This document shows, one piece after another, positions 13,319 through 24,995 of a DNA stretch of 64,000 bases (the first letter of the stretch is position 1; each line of letters begins with the position of its first letter). Position numbers and translations under genes: made by a program. Under the pieces are notes generated by a model. That model had not been told where the DNA came from. It made no database searches and saw only the letters and a list, made by a program, of their open reading frames with translations. This DNA is from Chiloscyllium plagiosum (lineage: Eukaryota), in NCBI RefSeq assembly GCF_004010195.1, contig NC_057757.1, positions 2,318,131 to 2,382,130 of the forward strand, in the 5' to 3' direction.

Positions 13319-14774
13319 CCCCACCATTGGCGGCCTTGTCTTTAGCTGCCTGGTTTGCCCTCCCTAGAAGTCTCTCCACCCTCTCTCATCTTTGGTGGCA
13401 TTCCTTCAAACCCATTCTTTCGGGCCAATCACCTGAGCCTCTTGTAAATCTCCTCAAAGCCCTTCACAGGATCCATCTAGATCAGGCCGGGGTCAAACAG
13501 CAGGGCTGATTTCGAGCCAACATGAGCTGGGCTGGGGAGACAGCAAATACTCCCTCCTACTTCTCAAAAAAAAGATGCATTTCTATAGCACCTGTAATGT
13601 AGCAAAACAGGCTGAGGCGAGGGAGTCAGTTCACTCAGTTGGCCAGATGGTGATGTGATGCCAACAGCATGGGTTCAATCCTCACATCAGCTGAGGCTAC
13701 CATAAAGATCCCACCTTCCTGATCTCTCCCTCCACCTGAGGTAGGGTGACCCTCAGGTTAAACCATCACCAGTCACCTCTCTCTCTTTTCCCTAGTGGGG
13801 TGGGGGAATTTCAAGACCAGGAGATAAATTTTTAAGGTGAGAGGAGAGAGATTTACATAGACACAAGGGACAACCTTTTTGTACAGAGGCTGATTAATGT
13901 GTGGAATGAAGGAAGTGGTGGATGTGGGTACAGTTGCAACATTTAAAAGACATTGGATAAGTTCATGAACGGGAAAGGTTTGGAGGGATATGGGCCAGGA
14001 GCAGGCAGCTGGCACTAGTTCAGTTTGGGATTACGGTCGGCATTGACTGTTTCGTGCTGTAGGGCTCTATGAAATGAAGCAGGCAAGTCATGAACCCAGA
14101 GCTTCTAGTCCAGCGTTACGGACAGTACCACTGTGATGCAAGACTACTTGATACCTTTTTGTGTGGTGACTCAGTGTTGCTCAGCATTAAACGTGGTTCC
14201 CCAAATATGGTGGTGATTGCAAATTGTGATGTTGAATTTCTGATTGTTCACAACAGTCCAAATCTGGCACCTGTGCCCTCCTGTCTCCCCACGGTTAGAC
14301 AGTTGGTCTGAACCATTCACCAGTTTCACTGGGGCTGGCTGCTTCACCAGCCCCTCTCATGGCAATGGGGTTTTTGGGCGACCGATGTTGTACCCTCTGT
14401 TATGCCTCAGTCCAAACCCCATCAAAACACATCAAGCAGACAGCCTACTTTTCATCTCATTTAAAGGCAATTGTAAGTGCTGCATTCCAGATGCGATTCG
14501 ATTGGTTCACACTTTAAGACAACTTTTCGCTTTAAGCAAAACACACTTTTATTCTTACAGCGCAGTTAAAACACAAACAAACATAAGAGAATTGGAATAA
14601 CTTTAACTCAACTGAAATACTTAACGAAATGATTTACCTATACCTCATCAACTGTTCCAATATGGCAGCATCCCATAAACACATCCTTGGCAAAGGCAAA
14701 TTCAGCAAAACAGTTTCGCTCACGTGCTGTCTCCAGTCATGGAGAAGGGAAAAGCGAAAGAATGAGTCTAGCAG

Positions 14775-14919
14775 CAGAGACAGAGCGAGAGAGAGAGAGA
14801 GAGACAGAGAGAGAGAAAGAGAAAAAGAGAGAGACAAAGAGAGACAGAGAGGGAGAGAGAGACCGAGAGAAAGACAGACAGAGAGACTGAGAGAGAGAGA
14901 CTGAGAGAGGGCGACAGAC

Positions 14920-14950
<31 letters not shown>

Positions 14951-14992
14951 CCGAGAGAGAGACCGAGAGAGAGAGAGAGAAAGAGAAAGAGA
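14775..14992. repeat. (GA/GACA)n microsatellite
   Basis: Direct inspection. Confidence 0.95.
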
Positions 14993-15087
14993 TGGCCTCA
15001 CCAGTACCTGTACAAGTGAAACATCACCCTCCCCTGGTGTCGTACCGAGCTCCCACACATGACATCAACAAGCCTGCAGCTCCTTAC

Positions 15088-15189
15088 CCATCCATGGCTT
15101 CCTCAATCTTCTTCTTCCGCAGCTCAATGAGTTCGGGGGTCTCCATGCCAGCCGGGACAGAGGAGAAACCCCCTGGGGTAATGAGCCCA
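15088..15189 (-). pseudogene. SF3B2: Isolated exon of splicing factor SF3B2 (SAP145), 102 bp, phase 2->2, with no other SF3B2 exons seen
   Basis: (TC)n-TGCAG acceptor, GTAAGG donor. Translates [33 protein letters not shown](G), which I recognise as the conserved SF3B2 C-terminal region. Confidence 0.85.
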
Positions 15190-15193
15190 CTGC

Positions 15194-15425
15194 AGAGAGA
15201 GAGAGAGAGAGACAGAGTGTCAACAAGGACAGATCAGAAGAGAGACAGAGAGACAGACAGAGAGACAGACACAGACTGAGAGAGGGCGACAGACAGAGAC
15301 AGAGAGACAGAGACAGAGAGACAGAGACAGAGAGACAGAGACAGAGAGACAGAGACAGAGAGACAGAGAGACAGAGACAGAGACAGAGAGACAGAGACAG
15401 AGAGAGAGAGAGACAGCGAGAGAGA
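15194..15425. repeat. (GA/GACA)n microsatellite
   Basis: Direct inspection. Confidence 0.95.
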
Positions 15426-17349
15426 TGTATCTAGCAGCTCCAACTCCAAAGAAACTGCAATGAAAACAAAAACTAAAAGCCTGGCTCTGTGAGAGCCTGA
15501 CCCCACCTCCTTTTGTCTTCATTTTTTTTTAAAGAAAAGGACCCAAACTTTGCTTTCCCCAGAACTGACACCTCAGCACAAGGTTCACAACACCTGGTCT
15601 CAGGAGAAACAGGCCAGACTCTTGTCGGGGGGGGGGGGAGAAAATGAGTCCACCCACAGTGTCTCAGATAGTTCTGCTAAACACTGCCATGTCATATAGC
15701 CTGCTCACAACAGTGTGGATTGGAGCACATTTTCCACACACAGGTCACAAACTTTGTCATACATTGCTAAAAACAATGGCTTTATTAACGGTGAGAGTCC
15801 CGAAAGGTAAATATTTTACGCGGCACTCGGAGCTACGGCACAGGTGCCAGTTCAATCAGCAAGTGTGCCAGCCCTCGGTGGAGATTGCCCACCTTTGTGT
15901 TTTTCCTGGATAAGAGCCTCAGAATTGTTTCTCCTTTGTGCTATGTCGGCAGCGCAATAGGAATGCGCCTTTGACCGCTGCTCTGGGCCACAGAGTGAGG
16001 GAACACGCAGTTTCACAACTGGCGCAAATGTAGAAACAGCTTTTATTTAGGAAACATGTCGGTCCCTGACCATTGGGCAGCAAGCACTTCCTCGCACTCT
16101 CTCTCACTGGGGCCTGGAAGTTGGGGGTCAAGGCCTCCAATCCAGAGACTAGAACAACAGCATTCAGGCTGACATCCATCCCCGGTGTGTGACTGAGGGG
16201 GTGCAGCACAGCTGAGAGTGCCCTCTTTCGAGCAAGGGGGCAGAGAAAGAAACCCTCGTCATCCTGGGGCCAATATTTATTCTCCAGGCGACATCGTGAG
16301 CTTGGAACATTCGATGGCGATCACGGAGCTGTTTTGCAGGAGCTTGCTGTGCATGGATTTCTTGGCCCTGTTTCCGTCAATACCACAATCGAAAGGTACT
16401 TGAAAATGCTTTGAGGTGGACAGGCCAGTAACGAGTGGGCGACGTGAAGGAAACATCCACTTGAAGTGCCATCACAGTTCCCAAGCAGCTGTCATCATGA
16501 CGGCCTCTCCCCTGAAAGGCACAGTTCCTGGGTCCAATCCTTGCTCCAGATATTTGAGTGCAGAGGGAATGCTGCGTTGCCCAGGGATGCCACCTTCCAG
16601 ACGAACTACCCTCCCTAGGTAGTGGGAAGCAGAAGAGGGTCATAGACCGATGCACAGCCTGACTTCAAAGTCATTTGGGAGGGCAGGGATATGTGCTCCC
16701 TGGTGCACTGGGGACCTGGATTTATCATTCCATTCACATTATTTTTTTGTCCAAAATAAACAGACAACCTGGTCGCCCTAATCGCATTGTCGCTTCCTGT
16801 GTGCCAACTAACCACCACATCTCCAACCACACAATATTAACTCCACTTCCGCTCAAAAAAGCGCGTCGTCATTGGCTGCGAAGCGTCTGTGGCATCCTTG
16901 GGCCGTGAAAAGGCGCTACAGAAATGCAAGGCCGCCTTTTGGTGCCTGGGAGCAGGTGCATTGTTATTGGCCCCCTGGTCTGCGTTTGTGACAAGCTGGA
17001 GAAAAATAAAAGGGAAGCAGAAAAAAAACAAGGCGCACATCTCAATCGAGGATCAGGTTTTACTGCTACCCTCACCTCCCTCAGTTTAAACGAACACCCG
17101 AACCATCCTCACATTTACCTGAGGGAAGTGACACTGAACTGCGTGCACTCTGGTATCATGGCAACAAGCTCATGCCTCATCTGAGAGTTGAGCTGATGAT
17201 GATTGCCAGCAGGACGTATGGGGGAGCTGGGGTTGAGTGGGATTCGAAGCTAAATGCAAGCTGTCACATGGTAGTACAGAGATTGAAAATAGAGTACGCC
17301 GCTAAACATTTTGTTTCGCATTTATCAGGACCAGTGCAAGAGTGTCAAA

Positions 17350-17975
17350 TTTCAAACAATCACAACAATGCCATCTACTGCATCTGTTGCACCCAGTGTG
17401 ATCCCCTCTACATCGGGGAGACAGGATGCTTGCGGATTGTTTCAGAGAACATCTCTGGGACATCCACACCCACCAACCCCACCGCCCCGTGGCTGAACAC
17501 TTCAACTCCCCCTCCCACTCCGTCAAGGACATGCAGATCCTGGGCCTCCTCCACCGCCAAACCGTTACCACCCGACGTCTGGAGGAGGAACGCCTCATAT
17601 TCCGCCTTGGGACCCTGCAACCACACGGGATCAATGTGGATTTCAGCAGCTTCCTCATTTCCCCTTCCCCCCACATTATCCCAGTCCCAAGCCTCCAACT
17701 CGGCAGCGCCCTCTGGACCCGTCCATCACTGCCCCCTCTGACCTATCACCCTCTCCTTCACCTTCATCCACCTATCACTTTCCCAGCTACCTCTCTCCAA
17801 CCAGGACCCCCCCTCCCATTTATCTCTCAGGCTTAACCCACAAGCCTCATTCCTGATGAAGGGCTTATGCCTGAAACGTCGATTCTCCTGCTCCTCAGAT
17901 GCTGCCTGACCTGCTGAGATTTTCCAGGAACACACTCTCCACTCTGATCTCCAGCATCTGCAGAACTCACCTTCT
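17350..17975 (+). mobile_element. Penelope-like element 3' end: GIY-YIG endonuclease remnant plus pseudo-LTR with hammerhead core
   Basis: IYCICCTQC..LYIGETG...FREHL...VAEHFNSPSHS...EERLIFRLGTLQPHGIN, followed by CTGATGA-AGGGCTTATGCCT-GAAACGTC at 17853-17880. Confidence 0.88.
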
Positions 17976-19028
17976 CCTACAACAATTTTTACTGCAGGAA
18001 AACGGGGTGCTGAATGGAAGCTGGAATTGGCCTGCAAACTGGTGTACGCCAATGCCCCAAGTTATACATTCGAATCTTGTTCAATTCCCTCCCATCTCCT
18101 TAACCCTCTTTAGCTCGACAGCCTTCAGATCTCTGTTTTCCTCCATTATAAACCTCTGGCATGTCTTCGATTTTAATCACCGCATCCACTTGGAGCCTGT
18201 GTCTCCAGTTGCCTGGACCCTGAGCTCTGTAACTCCCTTCCCTGATACCTCTCCAGCTCTCTCTTTCTCTCCTCTCCACATCCCCCACCCCGGTTAGGAC
18301 ACTCCTTAAAACTGATCGCTTTAACCAAGCATTTGGTCACTGGACCCTAGCATCTCCTCATGCGGGAGAAAGTAAAGACCGCAGATGCTGGAGATCAGAG
18401 TCGAGAGTGTGGTGCTGGAAAAGCACAGCTGTCAGGCAGCGTCCGAGGAGCAGGAGAATCAGTGTGTCAGGCATCAGCCCCCAATCCTGATGAAGGGCTT
18501 TCGCCTGAAACATCGATTCTCCTGCTCCCCAGATGCTTTTTCATCTCCTCATGCAGCTCAGTGTCAGATTTGAGTCTCGGTTAATTTTGCCCTGGGGATG
18601 TTTTACTGCAATGGAGGCATAAATGCAGGTTGTTGCTTTCAACGTCATCACTCTCGACTCCCGAGAACTAATGGGGAGAAAGGGCTGGGCAAGTGGGGTT
18701 GAAGGGCGGGGGAGGGTGGGGAATGATTACCTCTTTCAAAAGGGCTGGGCTGAAAGGCCTTATCTGTATCTCACCATTCTAAGGCGGCACCGAAATAGAG
18801 AAGAGGGCAAGAAACGTTGGGCATTCTTGGCAGTTTGAGAAACGACGGATGACAAATAAGGATCAGAAATGAAAACCGAAGTTATCAGAGAAACTCAGCA
18901 TGTCTGGCAGCATCTGAGTCAACATTTCTTCAACATTCAAAAAGAGACCCTGAACCTAAAATATTGGCTCTGTTCCCTCTTTCCCCAATAAAACGAGAGA
19001 AAGATTAATAAGGTTCATTATTCCGTAC

Positions 19029-19110
19029 CTATTTCACATTGCGTACATTCATCAGCTTCTGTCTTCTGCCTAGGGGTACCTCCTCCAAATTAAGGCCATG
19101 GTTACTGGCT
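19029..19110 (-). CDS. GUCY2D: Guanylyl cyclase last coding exon (phase 2 start, TAG stop at 19031-19029); not in the ORF track
   Basis: (TC)n...CAG acceptor. ASNHGLNLEEVPLGRRQKLMNVRNVK* resembles the SNHG.SL.EIP..RR.KL C-terminus of GC-E/GUCY2D-type cyclases. Confidence 0.85.
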
Positions 19111-19489
19111 CTGACAATGAGACAGAGAGAGAGAGAGCAAGTTACTTTGCTTAAATGAGGGGCCAACATATTATATAAGGAACGTAGAGGCTTGGGAAAG
19201 AAAAAAGATTTATGAAGGTAGATGATGGTGTAATTGGTAACATCACTGGACCAGGAATCCAGAAGCTAACGGGTTCAAATCCCACTGTGGCAACTGGGGG
19301 AATGTGAACCCAATGAACAAATCTCATCTCAGACAATGTCAGCCATAAAGAAATCCGATGAGGATCCGGGAGACATTTCCCTGCGCAAAGCGTGGTGAGA
19401 ATATGGAATCTGTGAGCAGAGGGGAGTGACTGCTGTAGATTTATTGAAGGGGAAGCTGGATGTGCACGAGTGAGAAAGGAAGGTTGCAG

Positions 19490-21540
19490 AGTTATGCAGC
19501 ATGGAAACAGCCCCCTCGGTCCAACTCGTCCGTGCTGATCAAATATCCTCATTTAATCTAGTCCCATTTGCCAGCACATGGCCCATATCCCGTGAAACCC
19601 TTCCTATTCATATACCCGTCTAGATGCTTTTTAAATGTTGAAATTTTATCAGCCTCCACCACTTCCTCTGGCAGCTCATTCCATACACTCACCACCCTCT
19701 GTGTGAAAAAAATTCCCCTTCGGTCCTGTTTAGATCTTACCTCTCTCACCTTAAACCTATGCCCTCTAGTTTTGGACTCCCCCATGCCGAGCTATTCATC
19801 CTATCTCCATAACATCTGTACAGTGTGGAAACAGCCACCTGGTCCAACAAATCCTTTCCCTGTAACCCTGCATTTCCCATGGTTATATCCACCCTAACCT
19901 GCACATCCCTGGATACAATGGGCAATCTCCCATGGCCAATCCACCCTAACCTGCACATCCGTGGATACAATGGGCAATCTCCCATGGCTAATCCACCCTA
20001 ACCTGCACATCCCTGGATACAATGGGCAATCTCCCATGGCCAATCCACCCTAACCTGCGCATCTTTGAACTGTGGGAGGAAACCGGAGCACCCGGAGGAA
20101 ACCCACAGAGACACGGGGAGAATGTGCAAACTCCACACAGACTGTCGCCCGAGGCCGGAACTGAACCTAGGTCACTGGCGTTATGAGGCAGCAGTGTTAA
20201 CCACTGAGCCACCGTGCCGCCCCTCATGAGTTATACGCCTCAATAAGGTCACCCCTCAGCCTTACTCTTGCCCCTATTTCTTGTGTTCACTGTGTTCAGG
20301 TACATGGTGAATTAATGTAGGAACAGGAGAAGACCATTCAGCCCATCAAGCCTGTTAGACCAAGCAATTTGATCATGGCTGATCTTCTATCTCAACTCCC
20401 CACCCCACCATTCTTATAAACTCATACAGTAATAGAGCATGGAAACAGGCCCTTCAGCCCAAACTGATCCGTGCTGACTATGGTGCCCACTCAGCAAGTT
20501 TCAATTGTCTGTATTTGGTCCATGTCTCTAAACCCTTCCCACTGATAAACTATCCAATTTTTTTTTTAAATGTTGCTATTGTACTTGCCTCAACCACTTT
20601 CTCTGGCAACCCATTCCATAGACGCACCACTGTCTGTGTGAAGAAGTTGCCTCTCAGGTCCTTCTTCAATCCTTCCCCTCTCACCTCAAACCTATGCCCT
20701 TGAGTTTTCAATTCCCTGTCCCTGGGGAAAAGTCTACATAAGATCATAAGACATTGGAGTGGAAATAAGGCCATTCAGCCCATCGAGTCCACTCCGCCAT
20801 TTAATCATGGCTGATGGGCATTTCAACTCCATTTACCCGCACTCTCCCCGTACCCTTTAATTGCTTGCAAGATCAACAATTTATCAATCTCTGCCTTGAA
20901 GACATTTAACGTCCTGGCCTCCACTGCTCTCTATGGCAATGAATTCCACAGGCCCACCACTCTCTGGCTGAAGAAACATCTCCCTCATTTCTGTTCTAAA
21001 TTGTAAGTTTCTATTAGATCTCCCCTCAACCTTCTAAACTCTAATGAATACAATCCCAGGATCATCAGCTGTTCATTGTATGTTAGACCTCCCATTCCAG
21101 GGATCATCCATGTGAATCTGCGCTGGACACGCTCCAGTGCCAGTATGTCCTTCCTGAGGTAGATGCATGCATTTATCCTATCTATCGCCCTCAGGATTTT
21201 ATACGCCTCAATAAGGTCACCCCTCATTCTCCAACAACCCAAGGAATTAAGTCCTATCCTGGCCAACCTCTCCCTATTACTCACGCCTTTCTTTACTCAG
21301 AGAGTAGTAGGGGCATGGAATGGTCTTCAGCCTGGTTTCACAGGTTGACGTAACATCGAAGGCCGAAGGGCCTGTACAGCATTGCAATGTTCTATGTACC
21401 AATCCTGGCAACATCCTCATAAATCTTCTTTGCACTCTTTCCAGCTTAACTATGTCTTTCCTATAACAAGGTGACCAAAACTATACACAATACTCCCAAG
21501 TGCGGCCTCACCAAAGTCTTAGACAACTGTAACAAAATGT
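19490..21540 (-). mobile_element. Mosaic of nested CR1 3' fragments and an HE1 SINE
   Basis: Several FFTQ.VV..WN.LP and RGDLIE motifs (ORFs 19558-19785, 20550-20774, 20985-21284). Confidence 0.75.
19815..20222 (-). mobile_element. HE1-type V-SINE with internal 52-bp triplication
   Basis: Units at 19887, 19939, 19991 and 20043. Confidence 0.88.
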
Positions 21541-24277
21541 CCGTGTGGTCTCCATGTATGTGACATCATTAGTGTTGTGAAATTTGAGTTCCAAAGATTC
21601 ATCAGCCACCGAGTGAAAGGTTTGTCAACATCTTGAGTGGCCTACTCCTTATTCTGAGACTGCATCCCCCGGTTCCAGACTCTCCAGTCAGCGAGAAGGG
21701 AAATAAAAACAGACATTGTGTCTATATCCACCCTGTAACACCCCGTAAGAATTTTGTAAGTGTCCATGCGCTCGTCTCTCAGATGTTGAATACAGGCCCC
21801 CGTTTCCTCAATCTTTCTTTCTGAGGGGAAATGGCCATCTCACCCATACTCTCACTATTGCTCAAAGAAAAAAACAAAGAATAATGAACAAAGAAAGTTT
21901 ACAGCCCAGGAACAGCCCTCCAAGCCTGAACCGATCCAAATCCACCGCCCAATTCCTAAGGATCTGTATCCCTCTGCTCCCCACCTACTCATGCATCTGT
22001 CCAGAGGCACCTTAAATGCATCTANNNNNNNNNNNNNNNNNNNNNNNNNNNNNNNNNNNNNNNNNNNNNNNNNNNNNNNNNNNNNNNNNNNNNNNNNNNN
22101 NNNNNNNNNNNNNNNNNNNNNNNNNNNNNNNNNNNNNNNNNNNNNNNNNNNNNNNNNNNNNNNNNNNNNNNNNNNNNNNNNNNNNNNNNNNNNNNNNNNN
22201 NNNNNNNNNNNNNNNNNNNNNNNNNNNNNNNNNNNNNNNNNNNNNNNNNNNNNNNNNNNNNNNNNNNNNNNNNNNNNNNNNNNNNNNNNNNNNNNNNNNN
22301 NNNNNNNNNNNNNNNNNNNNNNNNNNNNNNNNNNNNNNNNNNNNNNNNNNNNNNNNNNNNNNNNNNNNNNNNNNNNNNNNNNNNNNNNNNNNNNNNNNNN
22401 NNNNNNNNNNNNNNNNNNNNNNNNNNNNNNNNNNNNNNNNNNNNNNNNNNNNNNNNNNNNNNNNNNNNNNNNNNNNNNNNNNNNNNNNNNNNNNNNNNNN
22501 NNNNNNNNNNNNNNNNNNNNNNNNNNNNNNNNNNNNNNNNNNNNNNNNNNNNNNNNNNNNNNNNNNNNNNNNNNNNNNNNNNNNNNNNNNNNNNNNNNNN
22601 NNNNNNNNNNNNNNNNNNNNNNNNNNNNNNNNNNNNNNNNNNNNNNNNNNNNNNNNNNNNNNNNNNNNNNNNNNNNNNNNNNNNNNNNNNNNNNNNNNNN
22701 NNNNNNNNNNNNNNNNNNNNNNNNNNNNNNNNNNNNNNNNNNNNNNNNNNNNNNNNNNNNNNNNNNNNNNNNNNNNNNNNNNNNNNNNNNNNNNNNNNNN
22801 NNNNNNNNNNNNNNNNNNNNNNNNNNNNNNNNNNNNNNNNNNCCCAGATCCAACCCTCCAACTCGGCACCGCCCTCATGACCTGTTCCACCTGTTCATCT
22901 TCCTTCCCACCTATCCACTCCACCCTCCTCTCCAACCTAACACCAATCCCCTCACCTCCATCCACCTATCGCACTCTCATCTAGCTAACAGTGGGGAAGG
23001 AGCTGTTCTTGAACCTACTGCAGCTAAAAGGTGGGGCTGAGCTGCCTCCTAGAACCATCCACTGACCCACAGTGACATTAGCTAGGGAGGGAGTTTGAGA
23101 AGTTTGAAAGAATGGAGATACATTTCCAATTCTGGATGGTCAGTGGCTCAGAGGACAACTTACAGGGGCTGACGTTCCCACGGAGATGCTGTCTTTGTCC
23201 TTCTAGACGGTAACAATCATGGGCTTGGCAGAGTCTGTCTAAGGAGTCTTGGTGAATTTCTGCAATGCATCTTATAGATGGTAGAGACTGCTGCTACTGA
23301 GTGTCGGTGAGGGAGGGAGTGGATGTGATGTCAATCAAACGGGAGGCTCCTTTGCCCCTGGATAGTGTCGAGCTTCTTAAGTGTTGTTGGAGCTGCCCCC
23401 ACCCAGGGCAAGCGGGGAGTATTTCCTCACACTCCTGGCTTGGGCCTTGTCGATGGTGGGACAGGCTTTGGGGTGTCAGGAAGGGAGTTACTCACTGGAG
23501 TATTCCTAGCCTCTGATGTACTCTTCTATATGATGAGCCCAGTTGAGCTTTTGCTCATCGGTAAGCCCCCAGGAGAGGAATATTCAGTGATGGTGACACC
23601 ACTGGGTGTCAAGAAGCTATGTGCAGTTTCTCCCTTGTCAGAGATGGTCATTTCTGTCTCCCAGAGTGCCATCCAGTCTGTCTCTCACAAACTGCTCTTT
23701 CACCACATTCCCGGAGGACTTTTCTCCTTTAGATTTTTTAAAATCTAATTCCCTTTCGAAGGCCACGATTGAATCTGCCGCCACCACACGCACTCAGGCA
23801 GCACGCTCCAAGTTGCTCACACCTACCTCACTAAAAAGCAAACTTGTCCTCCTGCTGCCTCTAGCTCCTTCGCCAATCACTGACAGACCGTGCCCCCAGT
23901 TGCGGAAGCAGTAAGAACTTGGCATACTGCTGCATGATGGGACATTTGATCAAGGGAAAAAGGAAGGGCTTTTGCCCGAAACGTCGATTTTCCTGCTCCT
24001 CGGATGCTGCCTGTCCTGCTGTTATTTTCCTGCACTACTCTAATCTTGACTCTAATCTCCGGCATCTGCAGCACCCGCTTTCACCAAGGTAAAAGATATA
24101 CGGCTCTCACCTTTTGTGGAAAAATACTGCTGGAGACAAAGACTGAGGTTGTGTAATTATAATTTGACGAAATATAGGGAGCGTATCCTGAGCTTCTAAT
24201 TTTCTCCGATTGAGCAACAACAAACAACAAAGGCATTAGGCACTGTGTTTATCTTAATCTTGAACTACTACATTCAA

Positions 24278-24503
24278 AGTTAAAAAATCACACTACACCA
24301 GGTTATAGTCCAACAGGTTTAATTGGAAGCACTAGCTTTCGGAGCGACGCTCCTTCATCACATGGTAGTGGCCGCTACACCTGATGAAGGAGCGTCGCTC
24401 CGAAAGCTAGTGTGCTTCCAATTTAAACCTGTTGGACTATAACCTGGTGTTGTGTGTGAATTTTAACTTTGTACACCCCAGTCCAACTCCAGCACCACCA
24501 AAT
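24278..24503. mobile_element. Palindromic short Penelope-type element (family B)
   Basis: Inverted arms acaccaggttatagtccaacagg.../...cctgttggactataacctggtgt; near-identical to 1275-1495 and 28805-28995. Confidence 0.8.
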
Positions 24504-24995
24504 CCTGGCGACTGTATTCAAGATTACTTGAGTGCAGAATGTAAACAAGGTTGTTTGTGGTCATTGCATAAATTTCAGCCAACTGTTCGGCTCAAGAGAC
24601 AGTGCTGTTAGGCTGTGGCAGCCTCTCCATGAATTCACGAAAAATTGCCAGGTTATACTGCCTTCGGTCATTGCAAGTAGCCTCCCCAACATTAGCCTTC
24701 TGTGACCTTGACCACTTCAATCAGATCTCATCTTCACCTTCCCTGATCTAAAGAAACAATTCCGGTCCTTCCACATTAAAGTAGTCTTGGAACCATTCTG
24801 CTATATCTTTGCCAAACCCTGTCTAATGCGTTCACATCATTCCTAAAGGGTCACACCCAGAATTAAACACAGTAATTTAATACACGCTGTGGCTTCTGGA
24901 CTCTGCCCCAATATTTATATGGCCCACAATTCTATATATTTCAGTAACCTGTCCTGCCACCTTCAATCGTCCATCTAGAAAGGCTCTTGAACTTG

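Larger units (their letters stand above)
14398..15700. mobile_element. Solo LTR related to 3802-4747, with expanded (GA/GACA)n tracts enclosing the SF3B2 exon; right end approximate
   Basis: Collinear shared motifs with 3802-4747: ATTGGAATAA, CCATAAACACA.CCTTGGCAAAGG, AGAGATGTA, GAGAGC.TGACCCCACC. Confidence 0.65.

Noticed and set aside
14629..15522. Arg/Glu-rich and Ser/Leu-rich ORFs
   Set aside because: They are translations of GA microsatellites.
21855..23040. Long ORFs of 280-350 aa
   Set aside because: They consist almost wholly of N-gap; the same applies to ORFs over 26244-26645 and 32546-32674.
24060..24200. AAAG|GTGAG donor-like site as the missing cyclase exon
   Set aside because: The upstream sequence does not encode GKG/TYWL in any frame I could read.
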